Assembly: GCF_963924715.1 (NCBI RefSeq)
Contig: NC_089527.1
Span: forward strand, 28,314,551 to 28,378,550
Direction: 5' to 3'
Length of the DNA stretch: 64,000 nucleotides
DNA from: Thunnus thynnus
Taxonomy: Eukaryota
Shown here: piece by piece, positions 36,780-49,265 of the stretch
Layout of the letters: every line of letters begins with the position of its first letter
How positions within the stretch are numbered: position 1 is the stretch's first letter
Notes under the pieces: generated by a model
What the model saw: only the letters and a program-made list of their open reading frames with translations
Told to the model about the DNA's origin: nothing
Databases searched by the model: none
Program-made: the position numbers and the translations under genes

Positions 36780-39700
36780 GTGAGTGACATCTGTGGCTAT
36801 ACAGTACTGCACACACATTGTAGAAGAGCACCTACAGAGAACACTATGCTGAAAATAGAAGATGATGTGGGAATCTGTCTAATCTTTTAATTATACAAAT
36901 GATCTTCAATCAACAATCAATGTTGTAACTTGTTGATTGTAACTGTAAAAAACTTTGTGGATTCGTTCTTGTATTTACTCATCTTCAAACATTTTAAAAT
37001 TTTTGTCATCAGGAAATTCCAAACACCGTCAACATTTAGCATGTTAGCATTCTAACCAATAATATCATGCTAACATGCTAAATGTGACTTTTGTAACACG
37101 CTACAGTAAGTTTAGCATGTTACAATGCAAAATGTGGTAACACTTGCTATGACGCCTATGATTATAATACATTATAAACATACTTGTAATGCAGTGTGAT
37201 CTGCTTATAGCATTGTATAATTATAGTTCTAAGCACTCATAAATATTCATAATGCTTTATAAGAATAATCATAACACATTATGATGTATTCTATAATGAC
37301 TTATAAGGCCAAGTATCATAATACTTCATAATTGCTGATCACTCACTGACCTTTTTTTTCATAGTGATCACAGTGTATTATAATTCTCATAGTTGTAATG
37401 CATTATAAAATGATTATAATGTCTCAATAATCACTGTTATGATGCATTAAAATGTGATTGTAAGTTACTCTAAGTGGTTATTGTTTGCTTGTTAAGTCAA
37501 GTAAAGAAAATATCATTAAATCTATGCAAAAACACTCAGGACCCTATTTTAACGATCTAAGCGCACGGTCTGAAGGTTTTAATTGCTGAAAGTATGGAAA
37601 CCTGATCACTGTAATCTCAAAAATGTTAAAGATTATTTGTTAAATATTGTCCAAAAATTAAAACATTAATTTTAATCATATAAAAAATCATCATACACAG
37701 TTGTCAGGACTTGATCAGCTCTCCGAGGTGCTGATCCTGCTGCTGGCAGCAGCTAAGAGCTGTGCACCATTCTTTCCTTCTTTAGATTAATCATTGTTTT
37801 CACTTAATTTATTTCCCCATGTGTTCCTCATGTCCTCATGTATTGATGGGCAGGAAATCCATGTCTGATTCGTTGTTGAAATCCGTTTGCTGGGTCTGAC
37901 ACACACCGTCAACCTGACAGGTTTGTTTAAATACCTCTGTGTATTGCCACGATATGGTCAAATAATTAGACAATTTCGTCCGTCATTACTGCAATTAATT
38001 AATTCTGATAAATATTAGGACTAAACATTATGACATGTATTTTTTAAAATATGTTAATGTACACAACAATATTCTTTCACAATATAATCCTTTCTGTGAT
38101 CTTTGCATGTTTGTGTGCTGCTGTGTGTCTGTGTGTGTATGCGCGTTGTTCACCTGCCTATGTAGGCATATTACTGTCTTGATAATGCGCCTTAAAAATA
38201 ACAGTGAAATACTGTACCATCAACCTCAGACCAGGTTTTTGTTGCTCAATAACGAAATCGATTTCCGCTGCCTCAATATAGCAATGCACCAACAATGCGC
38301 CCGACCACACCTCATTTTAAGACCAACACGCCCATGGGCACTGAGATGGGCACAAGTGGTAGTGCTATTTAAACTACGTGGGTGCTTAAACTAGCAAAGA
38401 CTTTGTACCGGGTGTAAGATAGGGCCCAAAATGTTGTAAAATTAATTTGTTCAAAGAGTCATAACACACAATGAAGTGAGTACTCCCATTTGACAACGAA
38501 CAACTGAATGATGGACATTTACAATTCACTAATGTAAGTGAGAAATACTGCCTACACTCATAATTTGAAAATTAGCTATATTGGCTCAAAAAAACAAGTA
38601 ACTTTAACTTTAACTAAAATATATTACATAGAATAATATTGCTGTATTGTTTGTTTATATTTCATAAGTATTATATTTAGACTTGGTCCTCAAAATGAGT
38701 TGAAGTGAATGAGGAGCCTGACACCTGGGAGGAATGGTGGTGTTGACGGCGGATGACGGGGACAGTAGTGGACACTAGCTTATTAGTAGATGACTTTGGA
38801 CAGAGGTAAGACTGCTGATTTTTGACAAGTTCTACTAAAGTGAAGTGTTAACACCAGTGCTATTTTTTTTAAGGAGTCACTTTTGTTGATCAAACGTTTA
38901 CATAAAAGTAAAGTATACAGCTACAGGTAAAGTATCATTGTTTCAGGTATTGTCTATCATTTGAGTCAATTTAGTGAGTTCTTTGGGGAAACATTACATT
39001 AGTCAAATGTAAATGTCCATCATTCAGTTGTTCATCATCAAAAAGTTGTGTCACATTGGAGTACTCAATTTCTGTTATGACACTTTAAACAAATAAATGA
39101 ATTTTACAATGTTTTGTGTTCTTGCATAGATTTAATATTTTTCACTCAAAGCAAACAATGACCACTTATAATGACTTATAACCAGCGTGTAATGTATTAT
39201 ATCTGCCCATACCTCGAGAATTTCATTACTTCACTTAAAACACCCAATGACCACCTAGAGTAACTTATAATCACATTTTAATGCATTATAACAATGATTA
39301 TATTTTTTTACAACTATGAGAATTATAAAACACTATGACCCTTGCAAAAAATGTCAGCGTGTGACCAGCAATGAAGTATTATGATACTTGGCCTTATAAG
39401 TCATTATAAAATGCTTTATAATGTGTTATGATTATTGTTATAAAGCATTATGAATATTTGAGTGCTTATAACATAATTATACAGCTATAAGCAGATTATA
39501 ATGCATTATAAATATGTTTATAATACATTATAAACATGGGTGTCAAAGAAGTGTTACTCAAATAGTTATGTGTATCACATGTAATTAACTTTGTTCAACC
39601 CTGAAAATTGCCACTAAAATGATCTTGAAACAAATGTTTCCACATCACTCTGAGGTAATTCGTCACTTGACCAGGATTAGCTTCCGAACTACTTGTGATG

Positions 39701-41303
39701 TCATAAATCATGCTGGTAAACTCAGATTTAAGGTGAGCACAGAGAGACTTTCCCCTTCAGATGATGAATGTGAAAACAAACTGCACATACATCATTCAGA
39801 ACAGTAAAGCACAGACAGTACAGTTAGTACAGTAGACGTCTAGAAAAGTTTTACTTTTTAACCAAATATACAAAAGATCTGACTTCAAAGTGAACATAAA
39901 GTGGCTTGTATATCATTAGTTATATCATAAGTTCAAGCACCTTATTTGATCCGAGTCATCAGGACATAAGTAGTGAAGTATCCCACTTCAGTATCTCGGA
40001 GTTAACTACTTATTTAACTATTTGTGTTTTAAGACAGCATCCCCAAATGTTAAGGTGGCTTTCAGGTTGTCATATTTTTGGTCTGTAGCCAAAAATCACA
40101 TAACAAATGATGCTGATTGAAAACTAGTTTTTATGGAAGATCAATATGCTGTGTATCAATATGTTGTGTACAATAAGAAAACTATGATTATAGTGGGAAG
40201 GTTAACATTTTTTCTTACATTTAATAGATATAATCTAAGGAAATAGCTAAGATATTTTTATTTTATTAAAAACAAAGAATTACTGATTTACAATATACTT
40301 TTATTGAAGAAGGATGCTTTCTCTTCCACTGGTCCAACGTTACTCAGAAGTACTTCAGACAATCTCTGGTTGTCTTATTCAAAACAAAGCACTCACAAGT
40401 CCAGTTTTAGAGACCTGCACCTGACTTGACCTGTTAATGTAACATGAAACCTGACCTATAATCAACAGACTACACACTCAGTTAACAACACTTTATTTGT
40501 TACTTTCACATGACCAAAAAACAAGTCAGGTTAGCCTTAACTAGGATAAACAGATGTTTGCTTAATAACACAAAGATCACTGGTTTAACTGTAGGCTGAT
40601 TTAAAGTTTTATAAAAGGATTAAAGGATTGATGATTTTTTGAGCTACCTGGTGCAAGACTCTGACTCAAATGTAATGGTAGTGGTGGTATTACATGAATT
40701 TTTGTTTATTCAAATTTTACTTTCATCTGGTGGTGTGAAAGCTGAGCTTTGTGAGATCCTTGTATGGTGATTTAAAGCATGTTGTGATTGGAGACACAAA
40801 GCTTTTGCCACTCGCTTTGGAAGAACTGCTGAGAATGGTTTCAAAGCATTTTATACATTCAAAAGGAAGGCATCTGCTGGCCAAACCTTGGTATTGAGCT
40901 CATGATCAAACTGTGAATCAAACTAGCTGTCAAAGAAAGTGAGCGCAGTTATTTTTGAGATTTTTATGAACCCATATGTGTTTATTTCTGTGGTGTCATC
41001 CAGTATTAGTATCCCACCTCAAAATCTGACATGGAGACACAGAAAGAATGAGCTAAAATCAACAGTTTGTTCCATTATCTTCAAATAAAAACTGATGTCA
41101 TCAAAATAATTTGAAAGATGCAATAATCACAAAAATTGTATTCATACCACAGAACTGCAGCTAAAAATCAGCACCAGAAATGCTCCATAGTTGGTAGAAT
41201 ATCAACAAGTCAACTCTAGTCACATGTTATGTTGTTTTAACCCTCATACTCTGGAAACAGACAGACTTGATTCTTGTCTAATTTCTAATGTTGTGTGTTA
41301 CAG

Positions 41304-41446
41304 AGAAAACTTGTCCTGCAGGATGGAGGATGTTCAGACGTTCCTGTTATCTCCTCTCCAGTGAGTCTGGTCCCTGGTCAAGAGGCAGACAGGACTGCCG
41401 AGAGAAAGGAGCAGATCTGGTGGTTATAGACAGCACTGAAGAACAG
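41304..41446 (+). CDS. Gene B CTLD exon 1.
   Basis: Encodes (K)KTCPAGWRMFRRSCYLLSSESGPWSRGRQDCREKGADLVVIDSTEEQ. Acceptor gttacag|ag, donor cag|gtacag. Confidence 0.8.
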
Positions 41447-43075
41447 GTACAGACTGTTTGTTTCTATGCTTGTAAAGAAACTATGCCTAATTGCAATCTT
41501 CCTGTACCTTTAAAAAAGCTAAAATACTTATTTATTTATTTTTATGGATCATTGGTGTTCAACACCTTGACAACAATAATTCAAATGATTTGAATGAACT
41601 TGTGCTGCTCTGTAGCATGTTTTGCTGGTACTCTTAAGTTTGCACATTTGCCTTAAAATCAAAGTATTTCATTGCATCTTTAGCAAGCTAGCTAACATTC
41701 TTTTAACCTTTCACTATGTTTTAATCAAACTCCAGAAGCAGTCACTTATACACTGCAAGTATTTAATCAGTACAAATCTGTGTATCAGTTTAAGAAAAAA
41801 CATGATGATGTCTGGCAACAGGACTTCTGTATACAGTAATTTATGCACAATTTAATGACATTTCTTATTCCCTGATTCTTGAGAAAGATGAAGTTTATAA
41901 ATAAAAATAGTTATTAATAAGTATTCAAATAGTGCTAACACTAGCAGTCACTACGTAAATGTGCTTGTAAATGAGGACAAATACAGGTCAGTCTGGGGGA
42001 ATCAGTTCCCACCAGGGGTGCAACAGATCACAAAACTCACAGTTCAGATCGTATCATGGTTTTGAGTCACGGATCGGATCATTTTTCGGGAAAGGAGAAA
42101 AAAGAAAAAGGAGACAAATATAACTTTGCTTTCCATTTATTCTGTAAAAGACTTAAAGCAAGGAACTTTTGCCAGTGGTCTTCTGTGAAAATATTCAAAA
42201 TCTCCAATGTTTAAATAAAACCTTAAAATATATCAAATATTCAGTACGAAATTGTTAAATTAAAATGCAATATGAGGCATGATACCTTTTTCTTTTAAAC
42301 ATGGTAGTGAATGAAAAAATAGCCTGTGTCCACATCATCAAAACTTGATGATAACTTACAAACATGAGCACACGTCTTGTTTTGCAGTTTAGCTTGTTGA
42401 ATGAGCCACCAAACAAACATTCACCAGGGAAAAGTGCACCGTTAATGTCAGTCAGCAGCTAGATCACTAATTAGCTGCTCAGCTGCAGCACATTAAACAT
42501 CATGTTAACATAGCTGCAGATGTCACTACGGACCCACTAGATGCTGGTTTGGTTGTTGCTCTTCAAAATCCTGTTAGTGACACGCTGTCTGTCCATGACT
42601 TGTAGCTACATCAGTTTGTTTACTTTGTCTCCAATGAGACATTACATTTTGCAGTTTATCCGCGGTTCACATTCATGCTGAACTGTGGGAGGCGATTCAT
42701 ACAGATCACAGATCAACTACGTTCCGTTACACCACTAGCTTCTACTAAGCTTTGTGCTGTCAATATTTTTTTTGTTTTGTTTTTTTTTCTTTAGTTTATC
42801 TATTTGTACAAATAACAAGACACAACAACCCATAATGCATTAAAGGATTAAAGAAGGACTGTGCAAGTGAGATTCTGAAAAAACAAAAGGGCACCTCAAA
42901 AAAGTTTTTTTAAATAAATCTAAAATTTAAGTTTATCAAACAAGAAAAAAATATGATGATAATGATTATATTATTATTATATTTCAATAATAATAATGTA
43001 ATCCTATGTAAACTGCATATTGTTGTTCAAAAAACAATATAAATAATATGGCTTTTTTCCCTTTTTTGAAAACAG

Positions 43076-43179
43076 ACATTCTTGTCTACCTTCACTGAGG
43101 TAGAAACTTGGATTGGTTTGACTGACAGAGACGAAGAGGGAACCTGGAAATGGATTGATGGAACACCACTGACTTTAAG
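43076..43179 (+). CDS. Gene B CTLD exon 2.
   Basis: Encodes TFLSTFTEVETWIGLTDRDEEGTWKWIDGTPLTL. Donor aag|gtttgg. Confidence 0.8.
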
Positions 43180-43790
43180 GTTTGGCTTCAGTTGGTTGTT
43201 TATTGACAACATACACAAACACTGCTGTATATTAGAGGTTGGTGATATGTATTAAATCTTCTATCACAGACAATGTGAGGTGACTGGCAGTTCCAGGTTG
43301 GTCTGAAGCTTTTCTGGTTAAATCATCAGTGCAAAATGATAATTATGAGAAAAAATCAAACCAAACTACCGTTTAATGGTGCATCTGAGACGGAGTTTCT
43401 GGTCCACAGTCAAGTTTTACACTTCACCAACTGTACAGTACTGTAACTGATGACCAGAACACTATGGGGGTGTTTATTTATACAGGAGGCTCCTTTGTTG
43501 CTATTTGATGACTGCAAATTTATATTTAGGAAAAATACTACAGTGAACCTGCAGCCCTGTTCAATTTGCTACTTTATAGCTCAAAACTATACTAAGGCAC
43601 ATCATGCAAGATAGAATAAATTCCATTCTGTGATGTTTGTGAAGAAATATTATTTACAACCCTACTTTTTGCCAGGAAGAATAAGTACAATGAATAGAAT
43701 GAGACACATTCAGTTTTCTTATGTTCCAGTGAAGGACTGTGTTCATGTCAGAGATTAAGTGTCACGATTCTCTTGTTCACTGACCTGTAG

Positions 43791-43953
43791 GTACTGGAGG
43801 TCAAATCAGCCTGATAATGGAAATGGAGATCCGCAGTGGGGTGAAGAGGACTGTGTACATATCAGGGCTGAGGGGAAAACTGGAGACAACTGGAATGATC
43901 TGTCATGTGATACTTCTCTGCAGTGGATCTGTGAGAAAAATGCTGGTGTATAA
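43791..43953 (+). CDS. Gene B CTLD exon 3 with stop. Carries a QPD motif.
   Basis: Encodes (R)YWRSNQPDNGNGDPQWGEEDCVHIRAEGKTGDNWNDLSCDTSLQWICEKNAGV*. TAA at 43951-43953. Confidence 0.8.
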
Positions 43954-46358
43954 TATGTAAAAATGCTTTTTCAAAGCAAACTATGATTTTGCAAAAGGCA
44001 AATTAGTTTGTATGTGTGTGAATTTGAAACTTTTCTCTGCTGTGCTGATGACCTTTTGCTTCTGCTCTGCCTTTTTAAAGAGATTTCTATAAATTAGATG
44101 TTTACAGCTTTTGCCAGAAGAGCTTCATTAACCAATTTCCAATGTTTCAAACAACTAAAAGAAGCAAACAGATAAAACAAATCAAACCTCTGCAAAATGC
44201 AAGATTCATAAAAACCTTTATTTTGATTAATGTCTTAGCTAAAGATTTCATGATAGTTGAAAGTTGCAAAAAACCTGACTGAGACCATTTCTTATGACAT
44301 CCCTCATATCATAATTAAACAATGTAATATAGATTTTGTGTAATTATGTCTTACTATATCATCAAATGACACTTTTCTGAAAATAATTTTTAAATGAAGT
44401 CTATTCAGCAGCTGACAGATCTCTTTAGCAGAGGCCATCAGTGTTTGTGAATTTTACTTGATAATTAGTGGTTTCACTCAGGAAACACTTGCTGTTGTGA
44501 GAAAATTATCAAATTATTTTAGAAGAATTGTAAACCAAAACTATTCAACAGATGAGTCAATATAAAGTCAGTCAATTACAACATATAAGCACTGTACTGG
44601 AGTCAGACGTTTGTCATGATGTCCTTTGTAATGCTGGTAGCTGATACTGGTTGTGGCTTTTTGTGTAATTATGAAAACAATTAAAATCTTTTTAATTAAT
44701 TTGTTTTCAGTGTCTTTATTTTTATTCTATCATCATTAATTGTGCAGAAAAACTCTGTTCTACTGGGATGTGAGAGGTCAGCTACAGATGGGGATTTCAT
44801 TCATTCAAAACTGAACTTGGTTAAAAGATGATCTGTCTTTTCACCACACTCTCATGCTGTATTCAACAGGCACTAAGTGAAGAAAACAACTCTAACAATG
44901 AAACAGAACATCCTGTATCTCAATCTAGACAATCTACTGGATGAGATCTGAGACTGTCTTCACCAGAAAAATAAAAGCACTGGTTGTTTGTACAAGTGAC
45001 TTGAGGAAGAGTTCAGGTGGACAGGTGGGTCAGCAAACCATGTGGCTTTGACATGAGAGATGGCTGTTCTTTTGTTTACTTAACTAAAACTACTTGGTTG
45101 GAGTTGAGGAAGGATTGTCTTCATGGTTCAAAGGAACCAACGTTGACTGTTAGACAGAACCGTTGTACACCTACCATCCATCACAACCTCCACCTCCAAG
45201 CATTAAGGTTCCCCAGAACTGTCTTTTGTGTCTATAGACCAGATGCATGGGGACTTAATTGTAGAATGTAATATTGAGCTTTATGACACAAAGTAGATCA
45301 TATTGTATATTATGTATCCTGCTGGACTTCAGTCTAAAGCAATATGACATCTTTAATGTGTATTGTGTATATAATTAGACTTTTGTGTTGTGGTTCCTAC
45401 ACCTGCTGTATACACCAATACATATGATCTGTGTTGTGGGCTTGAAACAAAAGATGGTGCAGGTGTGATGTCACTATCACTAATCCTAACTATCTCACTC
45501 CTTATGCCTTGGCATAGGCACCCCATTAGATGGCCATCTATCATTAGACTGCTGTAATTCCTTATAAATTGGTCTTAGTCAGTCTTCCATATCCCGCATG
45601 CCACTTATTTAAAATGCTGCTGCTCCTCCGTCACTCCTGTGTTGGCCTTTCTTCACTAGTTTCCTGTTCAGCATAGAATTAATGACAACATCTCACTGTT
45701 TCTCCTTATATTTCTGACTTTTAAACCTTCCAACTGCTCTGGGTCTTTGAAGTCTTCTGATTTAAACCCATAAGTGCCGCCATAAACACTGTTACACTGT
45801 GATATTAGTATGTTATATGGGCTGCTAGGTGATACTGCTACATCAGTGTTGCTTGTTCTTACACAGCTGATTTTTTACATTGGTGACAGTGGTGTCATGG
45901 ACACAAATACCACAAGGCTTTGCCTTAACTTATCTACTTCCTCAAAAAATCCCCTGTTGCCACTGTTCTGTGGAACAAATGTATTAGAGAGCAGTTTACA
46001 GACATGTAAAACATAAACATTCTGTGTAAGAATGACAAAAAAACAACAGCCATTATTGGTATTATGAAAAACAATATGAATATTTTCTCTACGCGCAAGA
46101 AATGAAAATCTCCTTCCAATGAGCTTACTACCAAACAGCATCCATATGTTGATTTCTGTTTAAAAAGTAAAACAAGACAAGAGACTCATAGAGTTTTTGA
46201 CAGTTCCTGTTTCAAGTTATTACCACAGATTGTATCTATTTTTAGTATATTTGTGTGAGAAACTGAACCCAACAAGAGTTTCATCATATGCTATACATGC
46301 GTTGTAGCTTGTGCTTCAGAGCTGACCCTTTAGAAAATAGTTGGCATCCTTAAGAGCG

Positions 46359-46410
46359 ATGGAGGCAATTTATGCAAATGTTGACTCAATAACTTCAACA
46401 AAACAGACAG
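46359..46410 (+). CDS. Gene C exon 1 (start codon, cytoplasmic tail).
   Basis: ATG at 46359 preceded by an in-frame TAG at 46338. Encodes MEAIYANVDSITSTKQT. Donor cag|gtaaaa. Confidence 0.6.
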
Positions 46411-46489
46411 GTAAAAATGTTGCACAAAGATCTAAATTATCATCTGTTCTTTTGTTGTATCATTGACTATTCACTGTTTCTCTGTTCAG

Positions 46490-46591
46490 GTCTGGGGAGC
46501 TCACAGAGGAGATTTCATGGAGCTCTTCTTGTCTTTCTGGGGCTGCTGAGTGTTTTCCTGCTGGCTGGACTCATCGGCCTCGGTGTCCACT
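46490..46591 (+). CDS. Gene C transmembrane exon.
   Basis: Encodes GLGSSQRRFHGALLVFLGLLSVFLLAGLIGLGVH. Acceptor ctctgttcag|gt, donor cact|gtgagt. Confidence 0.75.
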
Positions 46592-47515
46592 GTGAGTCTG
46601 TTTCACATTCAGAAGTTTAAGTCAGACTGAATTTAGGAGGAACATTCTACAGCAAGATGTCTATTTTTCTTTTCCATTTATGTTGTACTGCTCTGCTTAT
46701 TCTCAGCCAAACTCTGCAGGTAGAGGTCTGGATGAACATGAGCATCACCTCAACTTTCTCCTTGGTGCCATATTTTAAACCATGTTTGAATGCTGGTGTA
46801 GGTCATATGTGTCATGTCTTTGATCTCTGGACACCTGCATGGACTTGTTTCAATGATGTTTCATAAAACTACATTAATAACAGGGAAAATATTCTCCCAT
46901 GTATCTGTATGTAAACGCCATTTTGCAGGTGAAAAAAAAAAAACCTTTAAGGTTACTATGTGGGACAATACTTCAAATCTAAAAACATTCAGTTTGCTTG
47001 TAAAATTGTACTGGCACGGATACATGTCACGCTTTATTTTTATTTTTTTACTAGGGCTAAATGTTGGTGAACCTGTTGTGAGAAAACATCAGGGTGGCAT
47101 AGTATTTACAACATGTGCTGTATGTGCTGGGCTGCTCAGTGTCAAACACCAGGACTGCTTTTATGTCGTAGTCAAGGCTGGATGAAATCTGGAAAAAACT
47201 TGCTTAGATGCTTAGAATAACTTCTTGAGATCTGGATCCTTTGCTCTGTAAAGTTCTGCTCTGTTCAGACTGGTTTTGTTTTGTTCCATTTTGCTGTGCC
47301 TGCACACCTTTATTACAGAGACTTTCTTCTGTTCATTCTGGCTGTTTTGTCCTACATTTGGGTTCACCTGCTCCACTACTCCTGACAGCTATTTGCTTTA
47401 AAATGATACTGGAAGCTGTAATTACTAAAAATGTACATTTTAAAAGTTTTAAAATGGTATTTGAGATAAGTGACTGAATAAACATAAATTTGACCTGTCT
47501 TTTGATTTATTTCAG

Positions 47516-47683
47516 ACCACAGTGTGCGCAGTTCAGCTGAAGATGTCATAGACAACCTGACTGAGCGTCTCCAGGACAGTAATAACAACCTTTCTTCCGT
47601 GTCTGAAGAGAGAGACCTGCTGCTTGCCAACCTCACTGAAATAGCTAAAGAGATGGAAAAGCTTCAGAGTTTGTCAGTACAGA
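47516..47683 (+). CDS. Gene C neck exon (168 nt, single copy).
   Basis: Encodes (Y)HSVRSSAEDVIDNLTERLQDSNNNLSSVSEERDLLLANLTEIAKEMEKLQSLSVQ. Acceptor tttatttcag|ac, donor caga|gtgagt. Confidence 0.7.
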
Positions 47684-48081
47684 GTGAGTGACATCTGTGG
47701 CTATACAGTACTGCACACACATTGTAGAAGAGCACCTACAGAGAACACTATGCTGAAAATTGACTGAAAGATTGATTGATTTATTTATTGACTGGGACAG
47801 TGTGCAATTTGAAACATTAAAGATGCACTGCACCAGAGTTAGCTTGAAGCTAATTTGCATCTGTAGTCCCCGACAAAAAACATACAACAGCACAACAATA
47901 AACAGTAGAAAGCAAAAAAAAAAAAAAACCCCACACAGAACACACCATACAAAATACAAAGCTACACACAACAGCACATCACATACACCCACAATGTCAA
48001 TTAGAAATTAATAATATAAACTTGTCAAATTAAAAGCAAGACTACCTGCGCTAATGAGAAGACCATAGATGGAGTTCAGAG

Positions 48082-49265
48082 TCAGTGGTCACACAGCTGA
48101 TTGGTCTTTAGTATATTTTTTAATTTGGCCTTGAATGTATTGATTGAACTACAGTTCTTCATATCATCAGGTAGGGCATTCCACTGAGTTGTGGCTTTCA
48201 CAGAGAAAGCTGACTGCCCAAATGCAGTGTGATGAAATGGTATGGTACAATCTTGTGTAGAGGATATTCTGGAGGATCTAATAGAATTTACTGAGCAAGT
48301 GGACACAAAGTCACATAGTAGAGGAGGGGCCAAACAATTTAAAATTTTTATAAACTAGGCACAAATTTGAGAATAATCTAAAATTCTCAAAGCCCAGTAA
48401 ATTGTATTTCTCCAGTACCCTACAGTGATGGAAATGCATTGGCTTTTTGTCCAGAGTTTTTAGAGTTTGTTTGTATAAGGACTGAAGAGGTCTTATGGCT
48501 GTTTCTCCAGCCTGCCCCCAACATGTGATGCAGTAAGACATATGGGAAACGATCATAGCATGCATAAATATCTTGGCTGCGTTTAAAATTTGCTAAATTG
48601 TACTTTATGGTTTAAACCATAACATGTTTCTTAAAGTTTAAATTTGGATCCAGTGTCACACCAAGATATTTAAAATCAGTAACTATGTAAATTTTTTCAC
48701 CTTTGATGAAAATATCAGTGTTAGGAAGTTGTACCATAGTCTTAGAGAAAAACATGCCCTTTGTCTTGTTTACATTTAGACTCAGACATGATTGATCAAG
48801 CAAATATGTGATCCTTTCCAATGCAATTGTTAGCTTAGCAGCAGCTAACTCAGCTGTTTTTGCATGTGTGTACACAACTGTGTCATCTGCATACATTTGT
48901 AGTTCTGCATCATGACACTGTTGAGGGAGATCATTAATATACAGGCTAAATAATAGAGGACCTAACACTGACTCTTGTGGTACACCCATTGTGCACTTCA
49001 TGTTACTGGACAGTGAGTCACCAACTTAAACACATTGTCTCCTGTTAGATAAATATGAAGACACCCATGCCAGTGCTCTAGATGAGAAGTTAAATTTAGA
49101 GAGTTTTGATATTAAAACATCATGATTGACAGTGTTGAATGCTTTACGCACATCTAAAAATACAGCACCAACTACTCCCCCTTTGTCAAGTCTTGATTTA
49201 ATTTGCTCTATTAAGTGCAAGGTAGCATTTTCGGTGGAATGATTTGCTCTAAAGCCAAATTGCAT
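48082..49265 (-). mobile_element. LINE (non-LTR) reverse-transcriptase fragment.
   Basis: FGFRANHST..FLDVRKAFNTV, GVPQESVLGPLLFSLYIND and YADD motifs across four consecutive frameshifted minus-strand ORFs. Lies in the large intron of gene C. Confidence 0.75.

Larger units (their letters stand above)
29143..45300. repeat. Segmental duplication copy 2 (gene B body plus 3' flank).
   Basis: Collinear with 1-13100 at roughly 95% identity by eye (not computed). Extra blocks at 29528-30690 (only in this copy) and 31004-32217 (hAT insertion). Confidence 0.85.

Noticed and set aside
45017-45271. 84-aa ORF (MDRWVSKPCGFDMRD...) present downstream of genes A, B and C.
   Set aside because: The copy at 12830-13060 has an in-frame stop (tca aag taa), so the frame is not conserved. 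It is more likely 3' flank or UTR sequence carried along with the duplication unit.
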